Below, piece after piece: positions 1 through 7,928 of a stretch of DNA of 24,541 nucleotides; positions within the stretch are counted from its first letter, which is position 1; each line of letters begins with the position of its first letter. The notes under the pieces were generated by a model, which saw only the letters and a program-made list of their open reading frames with translations, was not told the DNA's origin and made no database searches. The position numbers and the translations under genes are program-made. Source of the DNA: a virus (Duplodnaviria > Caudoviricetes). The stretch spans positions 1-24,541 of the IMG/VR virus record IMGVR_UViG_3300018080_002503; one strand, written 5' to 3'.

Positions 1-75
1 AGGCGGTGAATGAACTGCTGGAAAACGTAATTGTGTTAGCCCACGGGGACTGGTATGTACATGTAGGGAGGGGGA

Positions 76-354
76 ATGAGCGGTGATGAGTTTATGCGAC
101 TTTACAAAAACACAGAGCTACGGCAACGGATTATTCAGTGTGCGAAAGAATATTCCAGGAAGCCGGAGGTCCAGGAGGATTTTGTACAGGAAGCGTGGAT
201 GTGGCTCGGGGTCGCTCCCGCAGGTTATAGCCTTGAAGCCTACATGGAAGTTGTACGCTCCGCAATCTATTGCGAATACTGGAAGGAGCGAAAAGACCGT
301 TACGCGAAGGAGGCATACTATTGGGATTTGGCAACATGCATGAACGGACGGTAG
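76..354 (+). CDS. Small sigma-70 region-2-like protein (possible phage transcription factor)
   Basis: RIIQCAKEYSRKPEVQEDFVQEAWMWL resembles the ECF sigma region 2 motif (..A.RY.....AEDLVQEAFL.L). G-rich RBS (GGGAGGGGG) upstream. Only 92 aa, with no region 4 recognisable. Confidence 0.5.
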   Translation: MSGDEFMRLYKNTELRQRIIQCAKEYSRKPEVQEDFVQEAWMWLGVAPAGYSLEAYMEVVRSAIYCEYWKERKDRYAKEAYYWDLATCMNGR

Positions 355-914
355 CTATTATCCCGGCGAAGGTCATAAGCCGCCGGTTGCCCGGGAAAAA
401 CCGTATGGATTTCTGCGGAATGGAGCTGTCGGAATGGTCGATCTATCAGGCACGGAACAACCCGTATATCACCGATATTATTTTTACCAGTGACATAGAA
501 ACGGTGACCTACAACATGGAGGGGGTTTTTAATGTCCGCCGGCCCCCGATGCTCACCGGTTCGGCACCATCGGCAGACTTTGTCCTGCATGCAGTATGGG
601 AGTGGAATACCTACACCAACATGATACCGGACTTGATTGTACTACTGCAGCCGACCGGAGTGTGCCGGGAACAGTGGATGATTGATATGTGCCTGGAAAT
701 CGGGAACGCCTATACCGTGACAGACGGGAAGCCGAACGGGGCGGTATACGTGAATTTATGGAAATATTTTGAAGTGGCGCGGAGTTTTAGCGGGGTCCCG
801 GTAGAGGCACCGTGCATAGATATCGATACCGCAAAAGACTTCAAGGCCGCAGAAAAAGAGATGAGGAGAAGAATGAATGGAGAATCCCTTCAAAGATATC
901 TACAGACAGTGTAA
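336..914 (+). CDS. neuA: Acylneuraminate cytidylyltransferase (CMP-nonulosonic acid synthetase, NeuA/LegF/PseF family)
   Basis: Family motifs VAIIPAKVISRRLPGKN, LLQPT..R, NGAVY and IDIDT..DF. Start moved from 270 to the in-frame ATG at 336, which directly precedes the first motif. Confidence 0.85.
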   Translation: MHERTVAIIPAKVISRRLPGKNRMDFCGMELSEWSIYQARNNPYITDIIFTSDIETVTYNMEGVFNVRRPPMLTGSAPSADFVLHAVWEWNTYTNMIPDLIVLLQPTGVCREQWMIDMCLEIGNAYTVTDGKPNGAVYVNLWKYFEVARSFSGVPVEAPCIDIDTAKDFKAAEKEMRRRMNGESLQRYLQTV

Positions 915-1716
915 TACCCTTGACGAACCGATACCGTTTCCCCGGATGATCGACATCGAGGTGACGAACGCATGCAATATGGAGTGCAGGATGTGTCCGG
1001 TAGGGACCGGGAAGATGAAGCGGAAGACCGGGTTTATGAGGCCGGATGTTTTTCTGAAAATACACGAAGAAATTGAAAAACATAAAACACCAGTGAGGTT
1101 TATCCGGTGGGGTGAACCGACCCTCCACCCCAATATGGGATGGATGATTATACTCTGTGCAGAGGCAGGGATCAAAATACACTTAAACACAAACGGGTTG
1201 CAGGACTGTTCATGGGAATATATTGATAGCATTAAGTTTTCATTGCAGGGATTAAATCCGAAAGATTATTGTAAATGGCGTGGTCGTGATGCGTTTTATA
1301 CTGTTTTGAGGAATGCACAGAGGCGTATGGTTGATGGTAATAGCTATGTAATTATAGGGACAACGTATGATAGGGCAACGGCTACAGAAATACAGTACTT
1401 TAAAAACATAGCTGAAGAGTGTTCTGATGAAGTAAATATCGGCAAAACCATGCTCCCCCCTTACGAAGGACTGACCCCGAATCGGGACTGCCACGAGGTA
1501 TTTAACAAGCTGTCAATCAACTGGGACGGTACAGTATCCGCGTGCTGCAGGGACTACGACAACATGATGATTGTCGGGGATGTGAGAAAGAACACCCTGC
1601 AGGAAATCTGGCAGGGTGCAGAGATGGAATCATGGCGGGAGAGGATCAGAAACGGTGATTACTCGCACCCGCTTTGCAAAGATTGTTACATATACACAGA
1701 GATGGAGGGTAAATGA
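877..1716 (+). CDS. Radical SAM protein with SPASM/twitch domain
   Basis: CNMECRMC (CxxxCxxC), GEPTLHP, TNG, and C-terminal INWDGTVSACCRD...GDVRKNTLQEIW...CKDC. Confidence 0.9.
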   Translation: MENPFKDIYRQCNTLDEPIPFPRMIDIEVTNACNMECRMCPVGTGKMKRKTGFMRPDVFLKIHEEIEKHKTPVRFIRWGEPTLHPNMGWMIILCAEAGIKIHLNTNGLQDCSWEYIDSIKFSLQGLNPKDYCKWRGRDAFYTVLRNAQRRMVDGNSYVIIGTTYDRATATEIQYFKNIAEECSDEVNIGKTMLPPYEGLTPNRDCHEVFNKLSINWDGTVSACCRDYDNMMIVGDVRKNTLQEIWQGAEMESWRERIRNGDYSHPLCKDCYIYTEMEGK

Positions 1717-2813
1717 AAGTAACCTATTGCAAGAACTGTTTGAACATGAGTACCAGGAACCGGGTGACATTCGACGAGAGAGGCTTGTGTAACGCATGCC
1801 AATGGGCCGAGGAGAAACAGACGCTTAACTGGGAGGAGCGGGAGGACCAGCTGCGGGACCTCTTGTGGAAGTACGACAATCATATCCTTGTGCCGATGAG
1901 CGGAGGAAAGGACGGGACTCATGCGTTTCACTTCCTCAAAAACAAGTACGGAGCGGATGTCACCGGGGTGACCATTGCCCCGCCGCTTGCCCGGGACATA
2001 GGAAACCGGAACCTGCAGAACTTTCTCGAAGCCGCGAACATCAATCATGTACAGGTAAACGTACCGGCTGAGACAATGCGGCAGATGAATAAACACGGCT
2101 TTATCGAAATGGGGTTCCCGTACTGGGGGTGGCTCGTAGCGATCCATACGGCGGTATTCCGGGTGGCGCAGGAGAAAGGAATCCCCTTGATCATGTACGG
2201 AGAGGACGGAGAAGTAGAAGACGGAGGAAGTGATGAAACGAGATACGAACCCCGGGTCGATGTCGAATATCAGAAACGGATCTACCTCGAGGGCGGACAC
2301 GACAAGGTGCTTGCCACGATCGATGATAGTCCACAACGCCTGTACTACTTCACCTATCCTGCTGACGTATCACGATTTTATGTCACCCACTGGTCCTATT
2401 TCCACGACTGGGACGCACAGGACCACCGGGAGATCGCGGAGAAATACTACGGGCTGAAATCCGGGGGCCGGAACAGCGGGACCTTTACGCAGCACGCACA
2501 GAACGACCAGGCACTATACCCACTGCACATGTACCTTGCCTACGTGAAATTCGGCTTCGGGCGTGCGCTGCAGGACGCGGGGCATATCATACGGAGCTTC
2601 CGGGGAAAACGGAAAGACCTGATCCCATCGGTGCAGCGGTATGACGGGGAATACCCGAAAGAGTATGAGAAAGTCTACTTGGACTATTACCAGATGAGCA
2701 GGAAAGAGTTTTACGAGGTCCTCGATAAATGGACCGATCACAGGCTGTTCGAGGGCAAGGCCCCGAATCTGAAACCAAAGTTTAGAGTAGGAGAAGATTT
2801 TGAAACCGATTGA
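1713..2813 (+). CDS. N-acetyl sugar amidotransferase (WbuX/PseA/PtmG-like, PP-loop ATPase)
   Basis: N-terminal CKNC...CNAC zinc motif, PP-loop SGGKDG, IGNRNL, MYGEDGEVEDGG and YVKFGFGRA, typical of acetamidino-forming sugar amidotransferases. ATGA overlap with the upstream gene. Confidence 0.85.
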   Translation: MKVTYCKNCLNMSTRNRVTFDERGLCNACQWAEEKQTLNWEEREDQLRDLLWKYDNHILVPMSGGKDGTHAFHFLKNKYGADVTGVTIAPPLARDIGNRNLQNFLEAANINHVQVNVPAETMRQMNKHGFIEMGFPYWGWLVAIHTAVFRVAQEKGIPLIMYGEDGEVEDGGSDETRYEPRVDVEYQKRIYLEGGHDKVLATIDDSPQRLYYFTYPADVSRFYVTHWSYFHDWDAQDHREIAEKYYGLKSGGRNSGTFTQHAQNDQALYPLHMYLAYVKFGFGRALQDAGHIIRSFRGKRKDLIPSVQRYDGEYPKEYEKVYLDYYQMSRKEFYEVLDKWTDHRLFEGKAPNLKPKFRVGEDFETD

Positions 2814-3624
2814 CTTAATGACTACCATACAGGTGGAGATCACGAACCACTGTAACATGAGCTGTGCCGCCTGCACCCGACATGCGGGACATCAGCGGAA
2901 CAAGTATCACATGGACCTGGACCTGTTCGAGACCTGCCTGAAAAGCCTCGAAGGGTATACAGGAATCGTAGGGATCATGGGCGGAGAACCGACCCTACAC
3001 CCGCAGTTCCCGGAAATACTCAAGATTTACCGGGAGTACATACCAAAGGAGCGGCGGGGACTGTGGACCAATATGGCACGGTGGAAACAGTACGAGGACA
3101 TCATCCTCGACACGTTCTACCAGGACGAGGGCCACATGCTCAAAAACGACCACAAGTCCGAGAAAAACGTACATCATCCGTTGCTGCTTGCCGCGAAAGA
3201 CATGATCGATGATGAAGTTTTAATGTGGAGGTTGATACATGATTGTCCATACCAAAATCGATGGAGTGCATCGATTAACCCTAAGGGAGCATTTTTCTGT
3301 GAGGTGGCTGCTGCTCAAGATATTCTTTTCGAGGGTCCGGGAGGCTGGGACATTACACCTGGCTGGTGGAGAAAACGTACCGGTTATGAGTTTTGGGATC
3401 AAGTGGAAAGGTACTGTCCGCTCTGTGGTGGTGCCGTACCCGTTGCCGGGGTCTCACCCCACATGAAATACGACCTGGTTTCACCCTCGATTGAGGCGAA
3501 GTTTAAGGAACTCGGGCTTGACATGCACTATGCCGTCGTAGACCGGAAGGTGACGAAAGACGAGCTAAGGGGCGCATTGACGGGAAAATACCGGCCATTG
3601 AAGCACCGGGGGGAGGAGACGTGA
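2800..3624 (+). CDS. Radical SAM protein
   Basis: IQVEITNHCNMSCAAC (CxxxCxxC), GGEPTLHP, and further Cys residues (CPY..FFCE..YCPLC). TTG start with AGGAG upstream; ATG at 2818 is an alternative start. Confidence 0.85.
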   Translation: MKPIDLMTTIQVEITNHCNMSCAACTRHAGHQRNKYHMDLDLFETCLKSLEGYTGIVGIMGGEPTLHPQFPEILKIYREYIPKERRGLWTNMARWKQYEDIILDTFYQDEGHMLKNDHKSEKNVHHPLLLAAKDMIDDEVLMWRLIHDCPYQNRWSASINPKGAFFCEVAAAQDILFEGPGGWDITPGWWRKRTGYEFWDQVERYCPLCGGAVPVAGVSPHMKYDLVSPSIEAKFKELGLDMHYAVVDRKVTKDELRGALTGKYRPLKHRGEET

Positions 3625-4334
3625 TATCTGTATACTGCCCCACTTACAACCGTGCTGAAATACTTAAGGACCGTGCTTTACCCTCGGTCCTCGCACAAAC
3701 CTATAAGAATTTCGAGTTTATCATCATGGGTGACTGCTGCACGGACAACACGGAAGACATAGTAAACAGCTATCATGACCCCCGGGTCCGCTATTACAAC
3801 CTGGAGAGCAGGGAAGGACGGAAGCCCCCGGAGTATGCTGACTGGACGGCAGAGGAAAAAGCAATGTACTGGTGGCTCATGGGTCCTACCTGGGCCGCCA
3901 ACGCCGCCCTGGACCTCTGCAGGGGTGAATGGATCGCCCGGATTGATGACGATGATATGTGGTTTCCTTCACACCTTGAGGACCTGCTGCTATTTGCCGA
4001 GAACGGAGACTACGATTTTGTGTCCTCAGCTTACGAACGGGTCGAAAAGTCAGGAATTACGGTGATTGAGCAGGGAGACTTCGGGGCCGGCGGGACGCAG
4101 ACCTGGCTCTACAAAGCTGAAATCGGTCTCAGATACAACCCCGATAGCTGGCGCAAAGAGTGGAACAAGAACAATGACATAGACTTTGTACAGCGTATCT
4201 ACGAGGGCGGATGGAAAATGGGCTATCTGCCTGAGGTGACCGCCCTCATTGTGCCCCGCCCTGGGGACACCGAGATCGGAAGCAAGGCATATCTATCAGA
4301 TTCAGGGAAAATTCTCGACTGGATAGGGGAATAA
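3621..4334 (+). CDS. Glycosyltransferase family 2 (GT-A fold)
   Basis: ISVYCPTYNRA, SVLAQTYKNFEFIIMGDCCTDNT, NAALDLCRGEWIARIDDDD (DxD). GTG start with GGAGG RBS, overlapping the upstream stop. Confidence 0.9.
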   Translation: MISVYCPTYNRAEILKDRALPSVLAQTYKNFEFIIMGDCCTDNTEDIVNSYHDPRVRYYNLESREGRKPPEYADWTAEEKAMYWWLMGPTWAANAALDLCRGEWIARIDDDDMWFPSHLEDLLLFAENGDYDFVSSAYERVEKSGITVIEQGDFGAGGTQTWLYKAEIGLRYNPDSWRKEWNKNNDIDFVQRIYEGGWKMGYLPEVTALIVPRPGDTEIGSKAYLSDSGKILDWIGE

Positions 4335-4358
4335 AAAAGCGGGGTGATTAGCCCCGCT
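4333..4358 (-). terminator. Rho-independent terminator of the antisense cassette (possibly weakly bidirectional)
   Basis: Stem AGCGGGG (4338-4344) / CCCCGCT (4352-4358) with a 7-nt loop, followed on the minus strand by a T-tract. It sits at the junction of convergent genes. Confidence 0.75.
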
Positions 4359-4674
4359 CCTTCTTCGGCCTTCCACCTTTCTTGCCGTTTTCCCGGGAGG
4401 CGGCGGCTTTTTTATCGCTTGTCGAATGCCCGCCTTTTCGACCGAGGGTTGCAGCTATAGCGGATAATTCCGCCTCCGCCTCATTGGCGGATTGTTCGAC
4501 TGCTTCTACTCCGATGGCTTCCGCTGCCTCTTTGGTGAGCTTGTACCATTCGCCGAGATTGTCGCCCCTTTCTAATCGCTCTACGATTTCGGCCGGTAGA
4601 TGCTTTTTTGCCTCCTCTTGCTTACCCTCCGCCCATACATACAGGGCATCATAAGATCTTTTTGTCCAGTTCAT
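4348..4674 (-). CDS. Hypothetical protein with basic KGG-motif C-terminus
   Basis: AGGAGG RBS upstream of ATG. C-terminal LGRKGGHSTSDKKAAASRENGKKGGRPKK is a basic Gly/Lys motif seen in small phage proteins. Confidence 0.75.
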   Translation of the reverse strand: MNWTKRSYDALYVWAEGKQEEAKKHLPAEIVERLERGDNLGEWYKLTKEAAEAIGVEAVEQSANEAEAELSAIAATLGRKGGHSTSDKKAAASRENGKKGGRPKKERG

Positions 4675-4684
4675 TTCATCCTCC

Positions 4685-5140
4685 TTAGTATGTTCCGCCG
4701 TTCATTGCCCGTTCCATTCTGCGGGTATGTTCGGCATATTCTTTGTCCGCTTTGTTTGCAGCTTCAATTCTTGCGGTTTTTCGTTCTATGGCGGCGGCTA
4801 TTTCGGGGGTCGCTTCTGCTTCGGCAATCGCTTCCCGCAAAGTAGTTTCAACTTTTTCAAAATTTTCGGCTGTTAATCCAACCTTTTTGCCGATGTGTCC
4901 GACTGCTCCATTAGCTGGAGTCTGCAATTTCTGCGCACACCTGCCGGTTGTGATTACATCACCGTCAAGTATGCAGGTCAAGTTTTCGGAGCCTTCAACC
5001 CGATCAACATCTACATATGAGATATCGCCGTCAAGGTTAATTCTTTCGGATGTTACATGATTCCGTACAACTTCGATTTTACAGGTCATTTCTCGTCCGT
5101 CTCTAATGTTCCATTTAATTTCTTTTGTTACTGTCTTCAT
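4685..5140 (-). CDS. Hypothetical phage protein (151 aa)
   Basis: GGAGG RBS, ATGA overlap with the upstream minus-strand ORF, and natural composition with a helical C-terminus. Confidence 0.75.
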   Translation of the reverse strand: MKTVTKEIKWNIRDGREMTCKIEVVRNHVTSERINLDGDISYVDVDRVEGSENLTCILDGDVITTGRCAQKLQTPANGAVGHIGKKVGLTAENFEKVETTLREAIAEAEATPEIAAAIERKTARIEAANKADKEYAEHTRRMERAMNGGTY

Positions 5141-5316
5141 CTTTCTTCCTCCATCTTTGCGAAACTTTCATTTGCCCTTGTATTCAACAATCTTTGACAA
5201 TTCCTACACCGATACTGCTTCCGAAGTACGATCTTTCCGCTCTCCTCTACGACGCGGAAAAGCTTTTCGTCAAACGCCGTCTCCCCACACTTGCAATTGC
5301 TGTACCTTGTTTTCAT
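5137..5316 (-). CDS. Small putative zinc-ribbon protein (59 aa)
   Basis: CKCG...CRNC cysteine pairs. Start set at ATG 5316, which follows a GAGAGGTG RBS and lies downstream of the predicted promoter. Confidence 0.6.
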   Translation of the reverse strand: MKTRYSNCKCGETAFDEKLFRVVEESGKIVLRKQYRCRNCQRLLNTRANESFAKMEEER

Positions 5317-5337
5317 CTTAGCACCTCTCATGATTTT

Positions 5338-5366
5338 AGTATATCCCATTCGCTTAGGTTTGTCGA
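5338..5366 (-). promoter_or_regulatory. Sigma70-type promoter for the antisense three-gene cassette
   Basis: Minus strand reads TCGACA - 17 nt - TATACT (5/6 match to both the -35 and -10 consensus), with an A/T tract (UP-element-like) immediately upstream at about 5370-5400. Confidence 0.7.
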
Positions 5367-5501
5367 GAGAAAATACAAAAAAAATCTGATTATTTTCAAA
5401 TATCTTATATTAGAGATAATGGAGGCTCCAAGGGATATAGTAGAGGGGTATAAAAATGCCTGCCGGAAGGCCAAGAAAATACACGAATGAAGGTTTAAAG
5501 A

Positions 5502-5852
5502 ATGGGGAGACCAAGCAAGTATACTAAGGAAATGCCAGACAGAGTTATAGAACTCATGGCCGAAGGAGCTTCTTTAGCTGAAGTTGCCGCAGACCTTGAG
5601 GTTTCGAGGGCCACACTGTCTAAATGGCAAAAAGATGAACGGAAGCCGAAGTTTGTAGAAGCCGTAAAAAAGGGAATTGAGCTTAGTGAGGCGTGGTGGT
5701 TGCGAATGGGGCGTGAAGAATTATGGAATAGTAAGTTTAATCACGTTCTCTGGTATATGAACATGAAAAATCGGTTCGGCTGGAGCGATAAGCAGGAACA
5801 CAAGGTTGAAGGCGGGATTGTGTACAAGCCACAGAAAATAGAGAAAGAATGA
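5502..5852 (+). CDS. terS: Terminase small subunit
   Basis: MGRPSKYT N-terminus, HTH (GASLAEVAADLEVSRATLSKW), F.EAV..G...SEAWW and MKNRFGWSDKQE are typical of TerS. Lies upstream of TerL. Confidence 0.8.
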   Translation: MGRPSKYTKEMPDRVIELMAEGASLAEVAADLEVSRATLSKWQKDERKPKFVEAVKKGIELSEAWWLRMGREELWNSKFNHVLWYMNMKNRFGWSDKQEHKVEGGIVYKPQKIEKE

Positions 5853-6388
5853 TCTTAACGATATTCGGTGCCGGAGGACACGCACATGTGTGTAAGTCTA
5901 TTGCGGCTGAGACGAAACAATATCGGGAAATTATTCTACTTGAAACGAACAAGTTTGACTGTTATACGAGCCTATTCATTGGGATAGGCAATCTACAGCG
6001 GAGGATAGAACTGTGGGGAGAGCTTCATGAGAGAGGGATCTTCCCGGTACTTTCCGGCGGGGTTTGTCTTGGAACGGCAAAGGCGGGAACGCTTATCGGT
6101 CGGCAGGCTATTGTCCAAGTAGGAACGGTTATCGGCGTAAACTGCATCATCAACACCGGAGCCATTGTTGAGCACGATTGCAGGATAGGAGATCAGACAA
6201 TAATCTCTCCCGGGGCCATGGTCATGGGAGATTGCAATATAGGACAGCGGGTCCAGATCGGCCCGGGCGCAGTGATCTGCCGGGGAATCTGGATATGTGA
6301 CGATACCATCATAGGAGCAGGTGCGGTAGTGACGAAGGACATTACAGAGAAGGGGACGTATTACGGCGTTCCGGCGAGGGCCGTGTAG
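5849..6388 (+). CDS. neuD: NeuD/PglD-family sugar acetyltransferase (left-handed beta-helix)
   Basis: IFGAGGHA, INTGAIVEHDCRIG hexapeptide repeats and GAGAVVTKDI...YYGVPAR. ATGA overlap with terS. Confidence 0.88.
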   Translation: MILTIFGAGGHAHVCKSIAAETKQYREIILLETNKFDCYTSLFIGIGNLQRRIELWGELHERGIFPVLSGGVCLGTAKAGTLIGRQAIVQVGTVIGVNCIINTGAIVEHDCRIGDQTIISPGAMVMGDCNIGQRVQIGPGAVICRGIWICDDTIIGAGAVVTKDITEKGTYYGVPARAV

Positions 6389-7095
6389 TGTATATCATAG
6401 CGGAAGCGGGGATCAATCATAACGGAGATCTGGACACAGCGTTTAAGTTGTGTGATGCTGCGAAAGAGGCAGGCGCGGACTGTATCAAGTTCCAGATGTA
6501 CGACATGGACAATCTGTTCATACCGGACATCCTGACCACGAAATACGCTGAATTGCAAGTAGTACTTGGAAAATGCATGTTAGATGCAGAAGATTTTATC
6601 AAGATATCCGATCACTGTAAAACAATAGGCATAGACTTCGCTGCGACACCGGAAGACATACTAGATGCTAAATTACTTATCGAATTGGGTGTACCGTATA
6701 TCAAGGTCGGCAGCAGGCAGGCGTTGAACTTCAATTACCTGCACAGGCTCAACGAGCTCAAACACAAAGTGCTGATGTCAACCGGGTTGTCATGTCCATC
6801 AGAAGAAAGGGCAGCGGAGAGTTTGTTGATAGATACCGACTACAAGAAATTATTTTGCGTTTCTAAGTATCCGGCCCCCGCAGAAGAATACTTTGAGCGG
6901 GATGATCTTAGGGGATGGGACGGAGTATCAGACCACACGGTAGGGATTGCAGTCCCTATAAGGCTTGCCGGTTGGATCGATTACTATGAACGGCATTTAA
7001 CCCTTGACTGTACTCAGCAGGGACCGGACCATCATATGAGTACAGAGCCTGAGACATTCGAATTGATTGTCAATGCAGTAAGGGAGATCGAATGA
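6388..7095 (+). CDS. neuB: N-acylneuraminate/legionaminate synthase (NeuB family), lacking the C-terminal SAF domain
   Basis: IIAEAGINHNGD, GADCIKFQ, IKVGS, MSTG, CVSKYPAP, SDHTVG and ERHLTLD...GPDH. GTG start overlapping the upstream stop. Confidence 0.92.
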   Translation: MYIIAEAGINHNGDLDTAFKLCDAAKEAGADCIKFQMYDMDNLFIPDILTTKYAELQVVLGKCMLDAEDFIKISDHCKTIGIDFAATPEDILDAKLLIELGVPYIKVGSRQALNFNYLHRLNELKHKVLMSTGLSCPSEERAAESLLIDTDYKKLFCVSKYPAPAEEYFERDDLRGWDGVSDHTVGIAVPIRLAGWIDYYERHLTLDCTQQGPDHHMSTEPETFELIVNAVREIE

Positions 7096-7928
7096 ATCCA
7101 GTAATCATAACCGGTTCCCGTGCTGATTACTACCACTTGAAGCCGTTGATCGAGAAGTCAGGGTGGGATGTTGTTAAGGGCGTGGCTTTATACCCGGTTT
7201 TCGATTTCCGCTGGTGGGATATGGTAGTCCTATTAGGAGACCGTTATGAAATACTTATGGCAGCAATCGAAGCGTATAAACGGGGCATACCGATTGCTCA
7301 TATACACGGTGGTGAACGCACAGACGGGAGCCTTGACGACGGCTATCGGCATTGTATCACTAAACTAAGCCACCTGCATTTTGTGGCGCACTTAGAATAC
7401 GCAATGCGGGTCATGCAACTGGGAGAACATCCAGATCGAATATATACAGTGGGATGTTTACGGTTTGACCGGGAAGAGGAAACATACACACCGGAGGCGA
7501 CCCCGTACGCAATAGCGGTATACAACGAGCATACGGGTGAGGATTTTAAGGACCTGTTGGTCGAAGTAACTGAATCGAGGGACGATGTACGGTTTATCTG
7601 GCCCGATAATCTCGGGGATCAGTTTACTGACGCGCTGCGAAAAGCTGCGTTTATCATCGGGAACAGTTCGGCGGGGATCATCGAAGCACCGCACGTACAG
7701 ACGCCGACGATAAACATCGGCGATCGACAGAAAGGGCGGATCATGGGACGGTCCATCATCAACGTAGAACCGGACCGGGACCAGATCAGTCTTGCGATAG
7801 CTTACTGCATGACCGAGGAGTTTGAGTACGACGATGAGTACTACCATGGCGGAGCGGTGGACAAGATCATTGAAGTGATAGAAAACTATGAACATAGACA
7901 GAAAACGTTTTGTGACCTGTGGTCCTAA
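7092..7928 (+). CDS. neuC: Hydrolysing NDP-GlcNAc/bacillosamine 2-epimerase (NeuC/LegG family), shortened
   Basis: ITGSRADY, LLGDRYE, IAHIHGGE, RHCITKLSHLHF, GNSSAGIIEAP and NIGDRQKGR. Confidence 0.9.
   Translation: MNPVIITGSRADYYHLKPLIEKSGWDVVKGVALYPVFDFRWWDMVVLLGDRYEILMAAIEAYKRGIPIAHIHGGERTDGSLDDGYRHCITKLSHLHFVAHLEYAMRVMQLGEHPDRIYTVGCLRFDREEETYTPEATPYAIAVYNEHTGEDFKDLLVEVTESRDDVRFIWPDNLGDQFTDALRKAAFIIGNSSAGIIEAPHVQTPTINIGDRQKGRIMGRSIINVEPDRDQISLAIAYCMTEEFEYDDEYYHGGAVDKIIEVIENYEHRQKTFCDLWS

Noticed and set aside
3-86. Possible 3' end of an upstream gene (AVNELLENVIVLAHGDWYVHVGRGNER*)
   Set aside because: Only 27 codons are visible and there is no motif, so it cannot be assigned.
270-335. 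N-terminal extension of the 270..914 ORF
   Set aside because: It overlaps the upstream gene, and family homology begins just after ATG 336, so 336 is the more plausible start.
1686-2336. 216-aa minus-strand ORF
   Set aside because: It is an antisense shadow of the amidotransferase gene, which carries clear family motifs.
5393-5420. Possible plus-strand promoter for terS (TTTTCA...GATAAT) and imperfect palindrome TATCT..AGATA
   Set aside because: The -35 match is weak with a 16-nt spacer in AT-rich DNA where such matches arise by chance, so it is not supportable as a feature.
5125-5490. 121-aa plus-strand ORF across the divergent promoter region
   Set aside because: It is antisense to a better-supported gene, crosses the AT-rich promoter region, and has no RBS or motifs.
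5494-5500. T-TTA-AAG slippery heptamer in the small ORF upstream of terS
   Set aside because: A -1 shift leads to a frame that stops within about 20 codons and does not join terS, which would need +1. No productive frameshift is supported.
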